Shown: positions 1-12,567, numbered from the whole stretch's first letter. The stretch is DNA of 62,000 nt, filler included, from Basidioascus undulatus (GCA_000826855.1; 11 parts of 11 records of this genome joined end to end with filler, not necessarily neighbours in it); one strand, 5' to 3'. Numbers and translations are program-made. The notes: generated by a model from the sequence alone, not told the origin.

Positions 1-1657
1 AAGTGCCCTTAACGCCCTGCACCCACCCGCCCAGCCCAAAGCCCGTCTGCCACCCTCCATCGTGGCTCGCCAGCCACGCCCGCGCTTTTTGGACATAGAC
101 CGTGCCGATCGCGTGCCTGGTTCCACCCCACAAACACACCATGTCAACTCCCAGCACGCGACAACATGAGAGATTGAGAGCATGCGAGAACAGGAGGGGA
201 GAGAGACGCACAGCAGTTCAACCCCATAGCTCTCCCCTGCCAGCTCGCCCGTCTCGATCGCGCAGATCTCCGCGAAAGAAGCGTCGATCTGCGGCGAGGG
301 CGGGGACTCGGTGTGGATTGACAACTACCCTCATCCGCCAACTCAGTGACTATCCGGCATGAGCGAGGGGGATGAGAGCGGATCCACTTTTCGGATGAGG
401 TTGTTGAGCAGCGTCGAGACGCGGGCTTCGCGCTCCTTCGCTCTCTGCCACCTCCACCATCTCATCAGCTCCCCTACAATCCACTCCATCCCAGAGGGCC
501 CGGAACACACCTCCTCAGCCCTCCTCCGCTCCCTCTCCTCCTTCCTCGCCTTCTCTTCAGGTGAAGTAGGATCCCCAGCCCCCGACTCCGCCTCGTCCTG
601 CTGCTGCAGCGCGTCCTTCATCTCCCGCCCGATAGAGATCTCCCCGATCAGGTCCGCAAAGCGCTCGCCCCCGAAGAGTCCGGAGAAGAGGGACTCGGGG
701 TCGACCTGGAGAGGGAGGGATGGGGGGCGGGGTCAGGATGCGGGAAGGTGGGAGAAGGTAGGGTGGGGAGACAGAGAGGGAGGGAGAAGGAGCGAGAGGG
801 GAAGGGAATGGGGAGGGAGACATGGGAAGGAAAGAGAGGGGGGTGGGCTGTGGAAAGAGGGAAGAGGGATGGACGAACGAAGCCTCCCGCAGGTGTGGAC
901 GCGTTTGTAAGCCCGAACTCGTTGTACTTGTGTCGGAGGTTGGGGTCGGATAGCTGTGCAGTTCGGGGTTCCGTTGAGATAGAAGGAAGGCTAGGAGGAA
1001 GAGAGGGAGGGAGGGAGGAGAGCCAGGACGCACGACTTGGTACGCTTCGCCGAGGGCTTTGAACTGCGTAGGGTGGTGTGAGCAGGGGAGAGAAGGAAGG
1101 GCAGAGAGAGGAAGGAAGGATAAAGAGGCACCTTCTCGTCCGCATTAGGGTCCCCCCGGTTCTTATCGGGATGTTGCGTAAGTGCGAGCTTGCCTGGCGG
1201 GAGTCAAGCAAGTCAGTCGTGTGAGCTCCCCAGGAGAAGCAAGATGGGGAGGCGGAAGGAACGCACGATACGCCTTCTTGATCTCCGTCTCCGTCGCGAG
1301 CGGCCCAACTCCCAAGACTTCATAACTGCCCCCGTCTCCCCTCCGCATCAGTCTCCTCCTCCCCTCCTCCACAGCCTCGGACAGCGATACGCACTAAGTC
1401 ATATCCAGCGGCCTCTCATCCGTCCCAATACTCCTCTTCTTCCCCTCCCCCTTCGTACCCGTCTTCCCACCCTTCCCTCCGGCACCGGACGGCGCGTCCG
1501 GATCAGGCAGCAGCTTCCGGCACTGCGCGCAGCGGATCTCGTGTGCCTGGGAGCGAGGGGTGGGGTAGCGGAAAATGAGGGGGACGCTGCAGAACTTGCA
1601 GGTTATGAAGCGGATGTCGGGCGGGCGGATCTCGGATTCGAGGATTGTTGGTGGCAT
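1..1657 (-). CDS. Type III J-domain protein (DJP1/CAJ1-like, DnaJ + DnaJ-X domain), multi-exon, runs off the left edge
   Basis: Spliced translation gives MPPTILESEIRPP...RSIGTDERPLDMT|YYEVLGVGPLATETEIKKAYR|KLALTQHPDKNRGDPNADEK|FKALGEAYQV|LSDPNLRHKYNEFG...DPESLFSGLFGGERFADLIGEISIGREMK. The HPD motif and the FGGERFxDxIGEIS motif are typical of Djp1/Caj1. Introns are GT-AG. Confidence 0.88.
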
Positions 1658-1879
1658 TGTTGCAGGGGGAGGAGGAGGAAGAGGAGATGGGAGGACAGAA
1701 GGGGATGAGGTCAAGGCGGAGGACGGACGGCGCGGGCCGATCGGCAGGAAGGCAGACGCAGGCGCATGGAAGTTGCCTTGGACCAGCACCACCATCTCGT
1801 CTTCCTCTGTCGGAAGGTTTGACTAGAAACCGCCTACACTTTCGACACAGGAATTAAAGGAGAAGATAATAGGATCAAG

Positions 1880-3350
1880 ATGGTCGAAGCGTCCACGTCC
1901 ACGTCCGTCCCGCAGCCCAAGCAGGTCGTCTACTGCCAAGGTGCGTCCTTCCACCCCCTCCCTTCCTCCTGTTCCCACTCACCCTCTCAACCCCCTCACA
2001 CAGTCTGCTCCTTCCCCGCCGAGGTCCGCGCTTGAATGCATACATAATGCTCTGTATATTCAGGAGAGACTGATTCGAACTGAGACGGGCACAACAGTAC
2101 TGCGAGTTCTCCTCCTCCCTCACGCGCTGCAAAGCGTGGCTGCAAGAGTCGCACCCGTCGCTCTACGCGAAGTACTACTCGGCCGACGCGCTGAGCAGCA
2201 AGATGGGCACGCTGTCCGTCGAGGCGGAGGAGAAGATCGAGGCCGACGCGGCGAAGCGCGAGGCTAAGGCGGAGAAGAAGGCGGCCAGGGAGGCGGAGCA
2301 GAAGAAGGTGCGTCTTGCTTCGACGACTTTCAGGGGTGATACAGGCGGGGTTGCTGATGTGGTTGGGTGTGGATGTGGGCGTTCCCGGGTGCGGGTAATA
2401 GCAAGCTAAGGTCACGATTATTCGGGAGGAGCGCACTAAGCGCAAGGTCACGACGCATGTGCAGGGGCTCGAGGCGTTCGGTGCGTCCTTGCCTCCTCCA
2501 TCACCCACTCCCCCACCCTTTCCCTCCCTGCCTTCCCGCCGCCCTTCGAACATTTCCTCCCATCCTCCTCTCCCCTGGCCCGGCCAACCCCGAACCCTCC
2601 TCTCTCGCCCCTCTTCCCATCTTCCGCTCCCCCCCACACCTCCTTCCTCCCCATCCTCTCCTTCCTTCCCATCCTCCCCGCGCTCTTCTTCCCATCCTCC
2701 TTCCTCCCCTTACGCCCTTCTTCTCTCCACCCTCGACGCACATCGCCCCTCCCCCTCCCCCTTGCTAACACACCCACCCTCTCACGCCAGGCATCGACCT
2801 TAAAAAAGCCGCCAAGCAGTTCGCGCAAAAATTCGCGACCGGCTCGAGCGTGACCAAGAGCCCGCAGGGGAACGACGAGATTGTGGTGCAAGGTCCGTCC
2901 ATCCTCCTTTCGCCATCCTTCCTTTCCCTTTTCTCCTCCCCTTTCCCACTTCCCCTCCCCCGCATTCCCGGCATTCTTCTCCCCTTTTCCCGCCGAAGTG
3001 GGATGGCAGTTACTGATGTGTGGTGGTGTGCCGGCGTGGTGTGGGGTGATGTGGGGGGTGCGGTGAACAGGAGACGTAACCGACGAAGTGCAGGAGATGC
3101 TGGAAGAGCGGACGAAGGAGCTCAAGAACGTCCCGCAGGGGGTGAAGATTATGAAGGAGGACAAGTGCGTCGCCTCTCCCTTCCGTCTTCCTATTCTCCC
3201 TCTGCGCTTCCCTCTTCTCCCCTTTCCCCTTCTACACGTCCGGTTTTTCGTGGGATGCTGATGGGACTGGGATGGTGGCGCGGGAGCAGGAAGAAGAAGA
3301 AGAAGGACGCGGAGGGCGCGGAGGGCGCGGCGGGGGCACCGGCGGCGTAG
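1880..3350 (+). CDS. TMA22: Translation machinery-associated protein 22 / DENR (SUI1 domain)
   Basis: Spliced: MVEASTSTSVPQPKQVVYCQ|VCSFPAE|YCEFSSSLTRCKAWL...KVTIIREERTKRKVTTHVQGLEAF|GIDLKKAAKQFAQKFATGSSVTKSPQGNDEIVVQG|DVTDEV. This has the YCxVCxxPxEYCEF zinc motif and a SUI1-like C-terminus. Confidence 0.93.
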
Positions 3351-3939
3351 TGGGAGTGGTAGGAGGTACGGGAGGGGAGGGGGTAAGGGAAATGCACGAT
3401 CGCTTTCATGAGCCTGCGTTGGGTTCGTTGCGGTCGGTTGGCTGCGCTTGGTTGGCTTTCGTGCTGAGGCACGGTCGGCGCTCGATGGCTTGTGGAAGCG
3501 CTCGGCGCGCGTATCGGGATGGACACGTTGGCGTTCGCGGAACATGGCGCGCAGCGTGCGTCGTTGTACGCAGAGCAAGCTGCATCCACTGTCGGTCTCT
3601 GCTCGTCTCTCATTCCTTCGCAGCTTCTCTTCGAACTCGAACGCTTCCTCATAGGTGCATTTCGAGAAGGAATCTCGTTGTCTTCGAGTTTGAATGGGCG
3701 ACCTCAGATGGGACGGAGGTTGCTGCGTCGGTTGCGTTGCTCAGAAACGCCGAGGACAGTTGTCGGTGCGCAAGTCGTTGCATATCTAGACGGGCTGGGA
3801 GTGAGGCGGTCATTGGAATAAGGCTTCCCTTGACTCTGTTGTTATTTCTCGGATATAGTGCACAAGACTGCTCTGAAAACCATGTCGGAAGGCTGTAAAG
3901 TACTATGACAGAAAGGAGGAAGGAGCGGGCAGTGACCGA

Positions 3940-3975
3940 ATCCTAAAACAGTTCCGGATCCTAAAACAGTTCCGG
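3940..3975. repeat. Perfect 18-bp tandem duplication ATCCTAAAACAGTTCCGG x2
   Basis: Read directly in the TMA22-SEC13 intergenic region. Confidence 0.9.
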
Positions 3976-4266
3976 CTGTAATGACCATCTCCGAGTTGCG
4001 GCTATCGAGGCAAACAAGCGGCCAAGTCCGGTTTCCCTGTACAATGGATGTAGGACGGGGAAAAAGGGAGAGCGACGAGCGAAGAGGGTCGCCATCGGGC
4101 ATAAGAATACCGTAAAGCCGAAATGTGGGGACACGGCTTGTCGCGAGCGCGCGCCTCTCCACGTCGTCGCGCTCATCGTCACCGTCATCCGCGTCTCACT
4201 CACACACTCACTTGCCCTCGATGGTGCGCCCTCACGACTATCCCACACCCATCACTCCCTGACACC

Positions 4267-5583
4267 ATGCCCCGCGCACAGGCTTCCCAACCCTCCCAAC
4301 CGCAGTCCATCGAGACTGCGCACCAGGACATGATCGTCCGTCCCACCCTCTCCTCCCGCCCTCCCTCCTCTGTCCCGAATTCCCAGTTCGCGCTGATAGG
4401 TGGAGGTAACAGCATGATGCTCAATTAGATTACTACGGCAAGCGCCTCGCGACGTGCTCGTCCGACAGGACCGTCAAGGTCTTTGATGTTGCCGACGCCG
4501 CGCAGGCGGGTGCGGTTGGCGCAGGCGCGGCAGTGCCGGGGCAGGCGGCGGGGGGAAAGAGCGATGTGCTGCGAGGGTGCGTGCTTCTTCATTGAGTCTC
4601 TTTCCCCGCTGTCTGAGGCGTTGTCGGGTGGGAGAGTAGAGGAGGGGAGAGGGGAGTAGGGGGAAGGAGAGGAGGCGGGCGAGAGCAGCAGAGGAAGTGA
4701 GCAGAGGAGGAAACTGATGAACGACCTTGGTGGGCTTGCAGGCACGACGGCCCCGTCTGGCAAGTCGCATGGGCGCACCCCAAGTTCGGCTCCATCCTCG
4801 CCTCGTGCTCGTACGACGGCCGCGTCTTCATCTGGAAGGAGGTCGGCGCGGGCGAGGCGAGCCCCGAGGGGTGGAACAAGATCAAGGAGCACAGCCTCCA
4901 CTCGGCGAGCGTCAACGCCATCGCCTGGGCGCCGCACGAGCTGGGCCCTGTGCTCGCATGCGCAAGCAGTGACGGGAAGGTGTCGGTGCTTGTTTTCAAC
5001 AGTGGGTCTCCCTCTCTCCCTCCCCTTGCTCTGTCCTACTCTGGAGTCTGCGGGGCGAGGAGATGCTGAGAATATCTGTGGGGGTGACCAGACGACGGGA
5101 CGTGGGACGCCTCACTCTTCTCCGCGCACAAGGTCGGCGTCACCTCCGTCTCCTGGGCGCCCTCCGTCCTCCCCGGCAGCCTCACTTCCCCCTCCGCGAC
5201 GCCGAATCCCTCCGCCCAGGGCGCTTCTTCCGCCGCACCCGTGATCGCGGGGGGCAAGCGCATCGTCACGGGCGGATGCGACTCGCTCGTCCGCATCTGG
5301 GCGTACAGGTGCGTTGGAGGGAGTGGGTGAAGTAGAAGGAGTGAGGGCGCTGATGGTGGTGCTGTGGGATGGGGGGGTGAGGGAACAGGGAGGAGACGAA
5401 GGAGTGGCAGCAGGAGGAAGTTCTTGAGGGCCACACGGACTGGGTCCGCGACGTCGCGTGGTCACCCAACATTGGTCTCCCGCGGTCTTACATCGCCTCT
5501 GCATCTCAAGTACGTCTTCCCTTTCCTCCTCCTTTCACCTTCACTCTACACTCCAGATGAGCTCGACAGATCGGAAGAGCGTC
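4267..5583 (+). CDS. SEC13: COPII/nucleoporin WD40 protein Sec13, 3' end lost in gap
   Basis: Spliced: [33 protein letters not shown]...[33 protein letters not shown]...[16 protein letters not shown]...[14 protein letters not shown]...[29 protein letters not shown]. Confidence 0.97.
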
Positions 5584-5683
5584 NNNNNNNNNNNNNNNNN
5601 NNNNNNNNNNNNNNNNNNNNNNNNNNNTTAATTAATTAANNNNNNNNNNNNNNNNNNNNNNNNNNNNNNNNNNNNNNNNNNNN
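5584..5683. other. Assembly spacer (100 nt of N with TTAATTAATTAA). Identical spacers at 11233-11332, 16911-17010, 22574-22673, 28229-28328, 33880-33979, 39515-39614, 45148-45247, 50770-50869 and 56387-56486
   Basis: All ten gaps are exactly 100 nt and carry the same six-frame-stop linker. Confidence 0.99.
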
Positions 5684-6121
5684 TTGCTTTTCCCTTCCAC
5701 TTTCCTTTCATTCTCCCCCGCTACTAACCCCAACCTCGCAGACCTCCAACAAACCAATGCCGCCCTAACCTCCGAAGTCGCCTCCCTCCGCACGCGCCTC
5801 GCCTCCCTCCGCACGCGCCTCGCCTCCCTCACCGACGAGCTCGCCGCCCTCAAATGCACACCCGTCCCAACACCGCACGCCGGCCCCTCGCCGCAGGACC
5901 TCGCGCACCTGCGCGCCGCGCTGAACGCTGCGCGCGCGTGTGGGAGGGAGCGGGAGAAAGAGCTGGAGCGCGTCCGCGCGGAACGGGACCATGCGGCGGG
6001 GAAGGCGGACGCGCTGGGCGGGGTGGTCGTGCAGCTCACTGTTGCGGCGGCGGGGGGGAGGAAGCGCGCTAGGACGGTGGATGGAGGGGAGGAGGACCAG
6101 GGGATGAGGGAACGGTGGTGA
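5684..6121 (+). CDS. Last exon of a coiled-coil hypothetical protein, 5' end lost in gap
   Basis: Branch site and acceptor (ctaac...ctcgcag) near 5720-5740, then a GC3-rich ORF DLQQTNAALTSEVASLRTRLASLRTRL...GRKRARTVDGGEEDQGMRERW*. Confidence 0.55.
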   Translation: MLFPSTFLSFSPATNPNLADLQQTNAALTSEVASLRTRLASLRTRLASLTDELAALKCTPVPTPHAGPSPQDLAHLRAALNAARACGREREKELERVRAERDHAAGKADALGGVVVQLTVAAAGGRKRARTVDGGEEDQGMRERW

Positions 6122-6860
6122 GCGGATGGGGCTAATGCGACTTTTGTGGGCCTTTTCGGGATTTGCTCGGTTATGCATCGCTCTTAACTCGTGAACGCCG
6201 CTTGCGTTGCATGAAGCCCGCGTGAAGCCTGCGGGTGGCCATCACGGTGTGCCAACCGTCAGTTTCAGATTAGCGCGTGCATGTCGACGCGCTGCTCGAG
6301 CTGTGGAGAGCGATGGAGCTTGTCGGTACCTCGCCGGCCAGGCGTTCGCAGCAGCCTGCCGTACCACAGCCTCGTCACTCAAAATGTGGGGATCCCTTCA
6401 AGCAACGTATCAACAACGTTGCTGCTGTATTAGATGGCCGAAGAACCTCGCGACCTACACCCACCTTGGCTCTACATGAAACCACGCCAGCCCGCAGCCG
6501 AAAGGTTTCAACTTCCAAGTCATTTGTCGCGGGACAGCCCACCAAGTCCCGCCTCCTCCCGTCCTCCCATAGCGTTTCTATTTCATGCGCTCTCCATGAC
6601 GGATTTGGCACTCTTCTGACTCACTCATCGCATACAAGACAATCAGCCAGTCTACATCTACGCTCATATTCCAGCTTCACGCATTCTATTTCGGGCCTCA
6701 GCCACTACACTTCCGCTTCGACCCCACCCGCTCGCTGATCGCGCAGTCGAGCTCGACCCAAGTCATGGCGGACCATCACCTCCTCATCCCGCCCTTGCGC
6801 TCCTCACATCTCACCCTCTTCCGCCGAGCACCCCCACATCCACCAGCACACACAACGTAC

Positions 6861-9297
6861 ATGTCCATCCCCCTCCCCCCGGCCTCTCCACCCGAATCAG
6901 CACCCCCCAAGCGGCCAAGACGCTCCGTCGCGCGCGTCCTCGCCGACCATGCGCGCTTCGTCGGGCCGGGAATCCTCGCGGCCGTCGCGTACTTTGACCC
7001 GTGCGTTGGATGAGCCCTGGAGGCGTAAGGAGAAGCTGAGGCTGATGCGGGAAGAGGACTCCGACGGCAGGGGTAACTGGAGTACGGACCTTGCAGCTGG
7101 CTCGGAGTTTGGGTACTCCCTGCTCTTCGTGGTATTGATGGTGCGTATGTTCGTGAAGAGTCTGAGGAGTTTGTGAAGCTGAAGTTGGTGCGGCGGGGCA
7201 GGCCGGGCTGGGAGCGATCTTGTTCCAGATCTTAGCGTGCAGGTTGGGTGTGGTCACAGGCAAGGGTGCGTGTGCCCCTCCTCATCAACTTACCATTCCC
7301 CTTACTCCGTGCGACATCAAGCATATTGACTGTGGTGGGACAGATCTCGCTGCGCACCTCCGCACGCACCTCCATCCCGTCCGATGGATGCGGTGGACAC
7401 TTCTTTACCCGCTCTATGTGCTCTCGTGCGTCCCTTCACTTTCTCCGCATACCCAATGTCTTTTTCGCAACGGCCCTTCTCATTCTTGTTCAACTACAAC
7501 GCAGCGAAATCGCCATAATTGCAACCGACATCGCCGAGCTCCTCGGCACGGCGATCGCGCTCAACCTGTACTTCCTCCATCCATTCACGGCCTTTCCCGC
7601 CCGCTCACACCGAGCGGATCCATAGTCTCTTCCCGGTCCTGCCCCTCTACGCCGGCGTCCTCCTCACCGCCGCCGATGTCCTCCTCATCCTTCTCACCTA
7701 TTCGCAGCACGGCGGCTCGCGCAGCCAGCGCGTGTTCGAGCTCCTCATCGCCGCTATGGTGCGTCGACCTCCTCACTTTCTTTCACCTTTGCCCTAGCTT
7801 TCCGTGCTTACGCTAGTGGGTGCGGCTAGACTCTGGGAGTGTTCATCTCATTCTTCATCCTCACCCTCCGCGTCCACCCGTCATGGCCGAAGGTCTTCCG
7901 CGGCTACCTCCCCTCCCACGACGTCGTCAAGCCCAGCGCAATCTACACTTCAGTGGGGATCATGTGCGTCCTCTAGTACCCCTTCTCTTCCCAGCCCGGA
8001 TTCCGTCCTTCTGTTACTGATGATGCCGGCACCGAAACAGCGGGGCGACGCTCATGCCGCACTCGCTCTTCCTCGGCTCGCGCCTTTCCACGATCGACCG
8101 CCTCACACCCTCCTCTTCCACCACCATCTCCACCGCCCCCTCCCGCTGCACGTCTCCCTCCCCACCCAAACCCACGCGCTCTACCTCCTCCGCGCTCCTC
8201 CCTAAGCTCCTCGCCTCCCTCCCCGCGCTCTACGCCTCCTCGCCTCCCATACCAGCACCGGAGAGAGACGGGCGACAGTCAGTTGCGGACGACGATTTGC
8301 CCATCGCCATTGGCGCGCATGGCACGCTGGAGGAGCGCTTCGAGGCGGTGCAGAAGCACCTAGCGCACGGGAGCTGGGACATCGGGCTGTCGCTCATCAT
8401 GATCGCTGTCCCCGTGAATTCGTCCATCCTCATCGTCGCCGCCGCGACGTACTACTACGGGCGCGGCAACCCGGGCGGCGCGGGGATCGCGGACCTGTTT
8501 GACGCGCACGCGCTCATCCGCAACTATGTTGGCGAGGCGTCTGCGTTCTTGTTTGCGTTCGCGCTCCTTTGCGCGGGGCAGAGCGCTAGTGCGTCCTTGA
8601 AGTCGAGTATCTTGAAGCAAGTGGAAGCGGAGGCTGATGTGTGCGTCGGGGGGGAAAAGGCATCACAGCTACCCTGGCGGGACAGGTTGTCTCAGAGGGC
8701 TTCCTCGCCTGGCGGGTGTCTGTGCGTCCTGTCCCCTCGCCTGCCCTTTTCCCTGTCGGACGATTTGACCTTCCCACCCAACAGCCCTTCCTCCGCCGCC
8801 TCCTCACCCGCCTGCTCGGGATTGTCCCCGCGCTCGCGCTCGCGATCGGCGTCGGCCGGCGGGGGCTCGACGACCTCCTGAACGCATCGCAGGTCGTCCT
8901 TTCCGTGCGTTATCCTCCCTTCTGTTCTTCCTTCCTCTGCCCCGGTTTCCTCCCTCCCGCGAGATGCTGAACCAGAGGCGAGCTGCCACAGATTGTCCTC
9001 CCCTTCGTCGTCGCGCCCCTCCTGTGGCTCGTCTCCCGCAAAGAAACAATGCGGATATGGAAGCCCTTGCCCTCCTCCCTCTCTCCCTGTCCCACACTTT
9101 CTCCCGCCCTCTCACCCTCCCCCTCTCCCTCCCTCTCCCCGGTCTCACCTGCCCCACCCGGCGGGGAAGCAGAAGGCGAATGGGTCGACCTCACCCTCAG
9201 CTGGCCCTTCGCGTGCCTCGGTTGGGCGGTCTTCATCGTACTTTGCGCGGCGAACGCGTACGTCATTTTGGAGCTTGGGTTGGGGAACGATGGGTGA
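6861..9297 (+). CDS. NRAMP-family divalent metal (Mn/Fe) transporter, SMF-like; alternative upstream in-frame ATG at 6765
   Basis: Spliced motifs FVGPGILAAVAYFDP|GNWSTDLAAGSEFGYSLLFVVL, EIAIIATDIAELLGTAIALNL, GATLMPHSLFLGS, LLCAGQSASITATLAGQVVSEGF and SQVVLS. DPGN and MPH are NRAMP signatures. Confidence 0.95.
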
Positions 9298-10930
9298 TCG
9301 CACCACTCTTGCATACTCAGCATCGCATCGCGAATCTCTTGCACGGATAGCTGCACGGATGGATGCACTGTGCATTTTTATGGTAATCTTGTGAAGATAT
9401 TTGGACATGCACTTGGCGCTTTGAAGGTTGAAGTGGGAGACCCACACGGCGGAAGGATGGCGAACCTGGCAAGCAATGAAGCCCTGTGTAGCGCTTCCTG
9501 TACGTTGCAGAGAGCATGCATGACAGCAGGGGATTCTGTCTGCGGTGGGTACAGCGTTTGCCATTTTGCAAGAGCATAGAGAATAGTGAGAAATGATTTA
9601 ACCGGGACTTTAATTCTTTATTTATGAGGATATTGAAGCACATTCCGGGTCGACTGGAACGAGAGGAAGGAAGTCTCTCCTAGTTTCAACACAATGTAAT
9701 TTACCGAACTCAACAATTACTCCATATCCGTGTTTTCCCTGTTCATCCGAATGTCGCGCCGACGAGGACAGACGCGGCAGAATCACGAACGTTATGAGGC
9801 AGCCACGAGGAGCGTTGAGGAGCGGTTCGTTCGTGGAAGTTTGCGACTGCGACTGAGCGGCGTTGTCTGCGGCAGAAGGGTTCAAGTGCAGATGTACCTC
9901 GAGAGCGTGCCCCTGCCTGCCTGATCAACCTTGTTGCATAGCACTTCATGTGGAAAGGATAGAATGAGAAACCACAAAAGGGATGTACCGTTGCGACACG
10001 AGCAAAGTCCGGATGTGACACTCGCCTCACTCAACCACTGCTCTCCTGCCACCGGCTCACCACAGAATGCGGACTCGTGCCCTGCTCTCATATTTCCCCA
10101 TGACGTTGATCTAATAGTAATGCAGAATTCAGCAAAGTCGCCTATCTTCATTGATGCCAGGGACGTCGGAAGCAGGACACATTGCATGGAAGGAGCGGTT
10201 GCAGCGCCACCCCGAGCTGCAGAAGATCTCAACATGACCCTAGCGTATTATAACATGGTTGAAATGATTAATGACCTCGAGCTTCTAAATAGTGGTTCGA
10301 GAGTTGAGACTGTGAGAACGAGAGGATGCCTCTGTGAAGTTACCTCAAATAGCCAACAGACGGTGCAACCTGTTATAACGTCCCGATTGGGTTCAGTCCA
10401 CGGTGGCTCAGTCTTCCTTGTCGAGCCTGCGCAGTGGGCCGGGATCTCCAAAAGTATGAAACAATAGTAATCAAGCATGCGCTGTTCAATAATATAAGAC
10501 AACATTAAGAGGTAAGTAGCCCGGCTGTTCAGGCTCCCTGCTGCCACCCTCCACCGGCGCGATCGCCTGCTTCGAAACAGGTACGGCGTATCGGGCATAG
10601 CAACGCCAACACCGACCTGAGTCCCGCTTAACTAGACTTTGGGTGCTTTAGGAAGCGAGGCAAGGGTTGGCTTGGATATGATGTACCGGCAAGTCAGTCC
10701 AGGCCGACAACCGCAACAGCATTCGGGTCCTCACGCAGAAGGGAAGCGTGGCCAAGCAGAGTATAGTGACTCTTCATCAACCTCAGCATCATCATTATCG
10801 TGTTTCAATCGTTACAAAGCAAGCGTCCCCTTCACCTCCCCGTCTCCGTCCTCTTCCCTCCCCTTCCTTCCCTCGCCCCCACCTCTTCCACACATCACTT
10901 CAATCCAGCCTTCCCCTGGAGCCCTCAGCC

Positions 10931-11232
10931 CTACTGGGGCAATTTCTGCTGTCCGGTCGGCGGGACCGCCCCCGGATCATGCAGGCTGATGCCAGCCATC
11001 TGGCCCGCGAGCGCCTGGACGGGGTACGCGCCCTGCTGCTGCGGGTAAGCCTGCTGTGGCGGCGGAGGGGAAGTGTAGCCCGGTGCGCCCGGCGGGGGCG
11101 GAGACGCGTAACCCGGCGCGCCAGGCACGGGCGGCGAAGTCGGCGAGGGCTCGTGTACCTGGAGTTGCGGCGCGGCCGCGGGCGTTGGCGTGGTCGGTCC
11201 CGGCGCGGCCGCGGGGTCGGATGGGCCTGGTG
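10931..11232 (-). CDS. Pro/Gln-rich C-terminus of a hypothetical protein, 5' end lost in gap
   Basis: Open frame from the gap: PGPSDPAAAPGPTTPTP...PVPGAPGYASPPPPGAPGYTSPPPPQQAYPQQQGAYP...KLPQ*, with GC3-biased codons. Confidence 0.6.
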
Positions 11233-11332
11233 NNNNNNNNNNNNNNNNNNNNNNNNNNNNNNNNNNNNNNNNNNNNTTAATTAATTAANNNNNNNNNNNN
11301 NNNNNNNNNNNNNNNNNNNNNNNNNNNNNNNN

Positions 11333-11697
11333 CACCCTCGACCGTCGCGTCCGAGTCCGGCGCGCCCTCGGCCATCTCTATCGACACCGCCTCGACGATG
11401 ACCGTCAAGCCGCTGACGAACGCGGAGGAGGACGGGCAGGCGCACGCCCCGCCGGACACGGCGCCGGCGACAGCGTCCGTCCAGACGTTCGTCACCGCGC
11501 ACACGCACACGCCCTCCATCGCCGCCGCAACCGTCGGCGGGGACTCCGCCATCCTCGCCAACGAGGACGAGGGGGGGAAGGAGACGCTCAAGGGCGCCCC
11601 GGCAGCGGTGGCGGCGGACAAGCACAAGTCGCCCGCCCGGACGACGAGTCCGTTTGGGCGGGGCAAGTGGGGTGGCCTGTTTGGCGGCAGGAAATGA
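11333..11697 (+). CDS. C-terminus of a hypothetical low-complexity protein, 5' end lost in gap
   Basis: GC3-rich open frame from the gap ending SPFGRGKWGGLFGGRK*. Confidence 0.55.
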
Positions 11698-12567
11698 AGC
11701 CCGTCGCTCATCGCTTGCAGCATTCCCTTGATTGACCCTCGTAGATTCGCTTGCTTCTCCTTATTTTGAGTTCGGCCTCTCATGCTTTGTTCGCTCTTAT
11801 TGTCATAATCGCAGACCTTTCGTCCCTTGACGTTTGGGTTGGCCCCGCGTGTCCTCGACGTGGCCCTGCGTTTCACAAGGCTCCGCCATCAGCTGTTGTG
11901 TTCACCTGTTAGGCATGCACGCCAAATCGTAGACTTGGATGAGTCTTAATGTCAACTCGACTGCGTTCCTATGCGTATACCACGCCTGCTGGTTAGGCTT
12001 CCGCCTCTGCAGTGAACCGTCTTCATGGTATGTTCAGCTTGGGGGCCTGCAGATTGAATAAATAACCATTTCTCTACTGGTTTCTGGCTTTATCTCAGCT
12101 GGATACCTATCAGCGCAGACAGTGGATGGCCACAAGCTGGCACGGCGCTTGTCGGCGAAGGTCCAGTCAGGCTCGTCGCATTGTTGTTCCGGTTCGCTCT
12201 TCGAGCCCCTCAACGCTCTCCGCCCACTCCGTACGTATGTATCACGCCTTTATCGACGGATGTTGTAAATGTCTACCTGGTGACTGAACAGATGTAGCAG
12301 CTGGACTTGCTCGGCTTTCCATGATCTTTCTCGCGGCGGAAACCATAGCCCCGCAACTCGGCGCTCCTGACGGCTGACACATCTCCCACCTCCCCCACAC
12401 TGCTCATTATTCTCGCTCAAGGATCCAGTTCGGCGGTTGTACTTTAACTTCATTCACTTCCTGCCCTCCTTCCACCACTTTACTCACTCACCGTACGATT
12501 GACTCTTCGAAACGATCTCATCAACCTTCTCATCGCTGACTGCTGCGTTGGGTTACGCCTCGCTCAG

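Noticed and set aside
5628..5639. TTAATTAATTAA recurring about every 5.6 kb as a biological repeat
   Set aside because: It is always embedded in N runs of fixed length, so it is an artificial six-frame stop linker.
9931..10598. ORFs of 116-178 codons downstream of the NRAMP gene
   Set aside because: No codon bias, motifs or convincing splice structure; probably intergenic.
12240..12340. U5 snRNA (GCCTTTAT resembles loop I)
   Set aside because: It does not match the invariant GCCUUUUAY loop, and no supporting stem or Sm site is evident.
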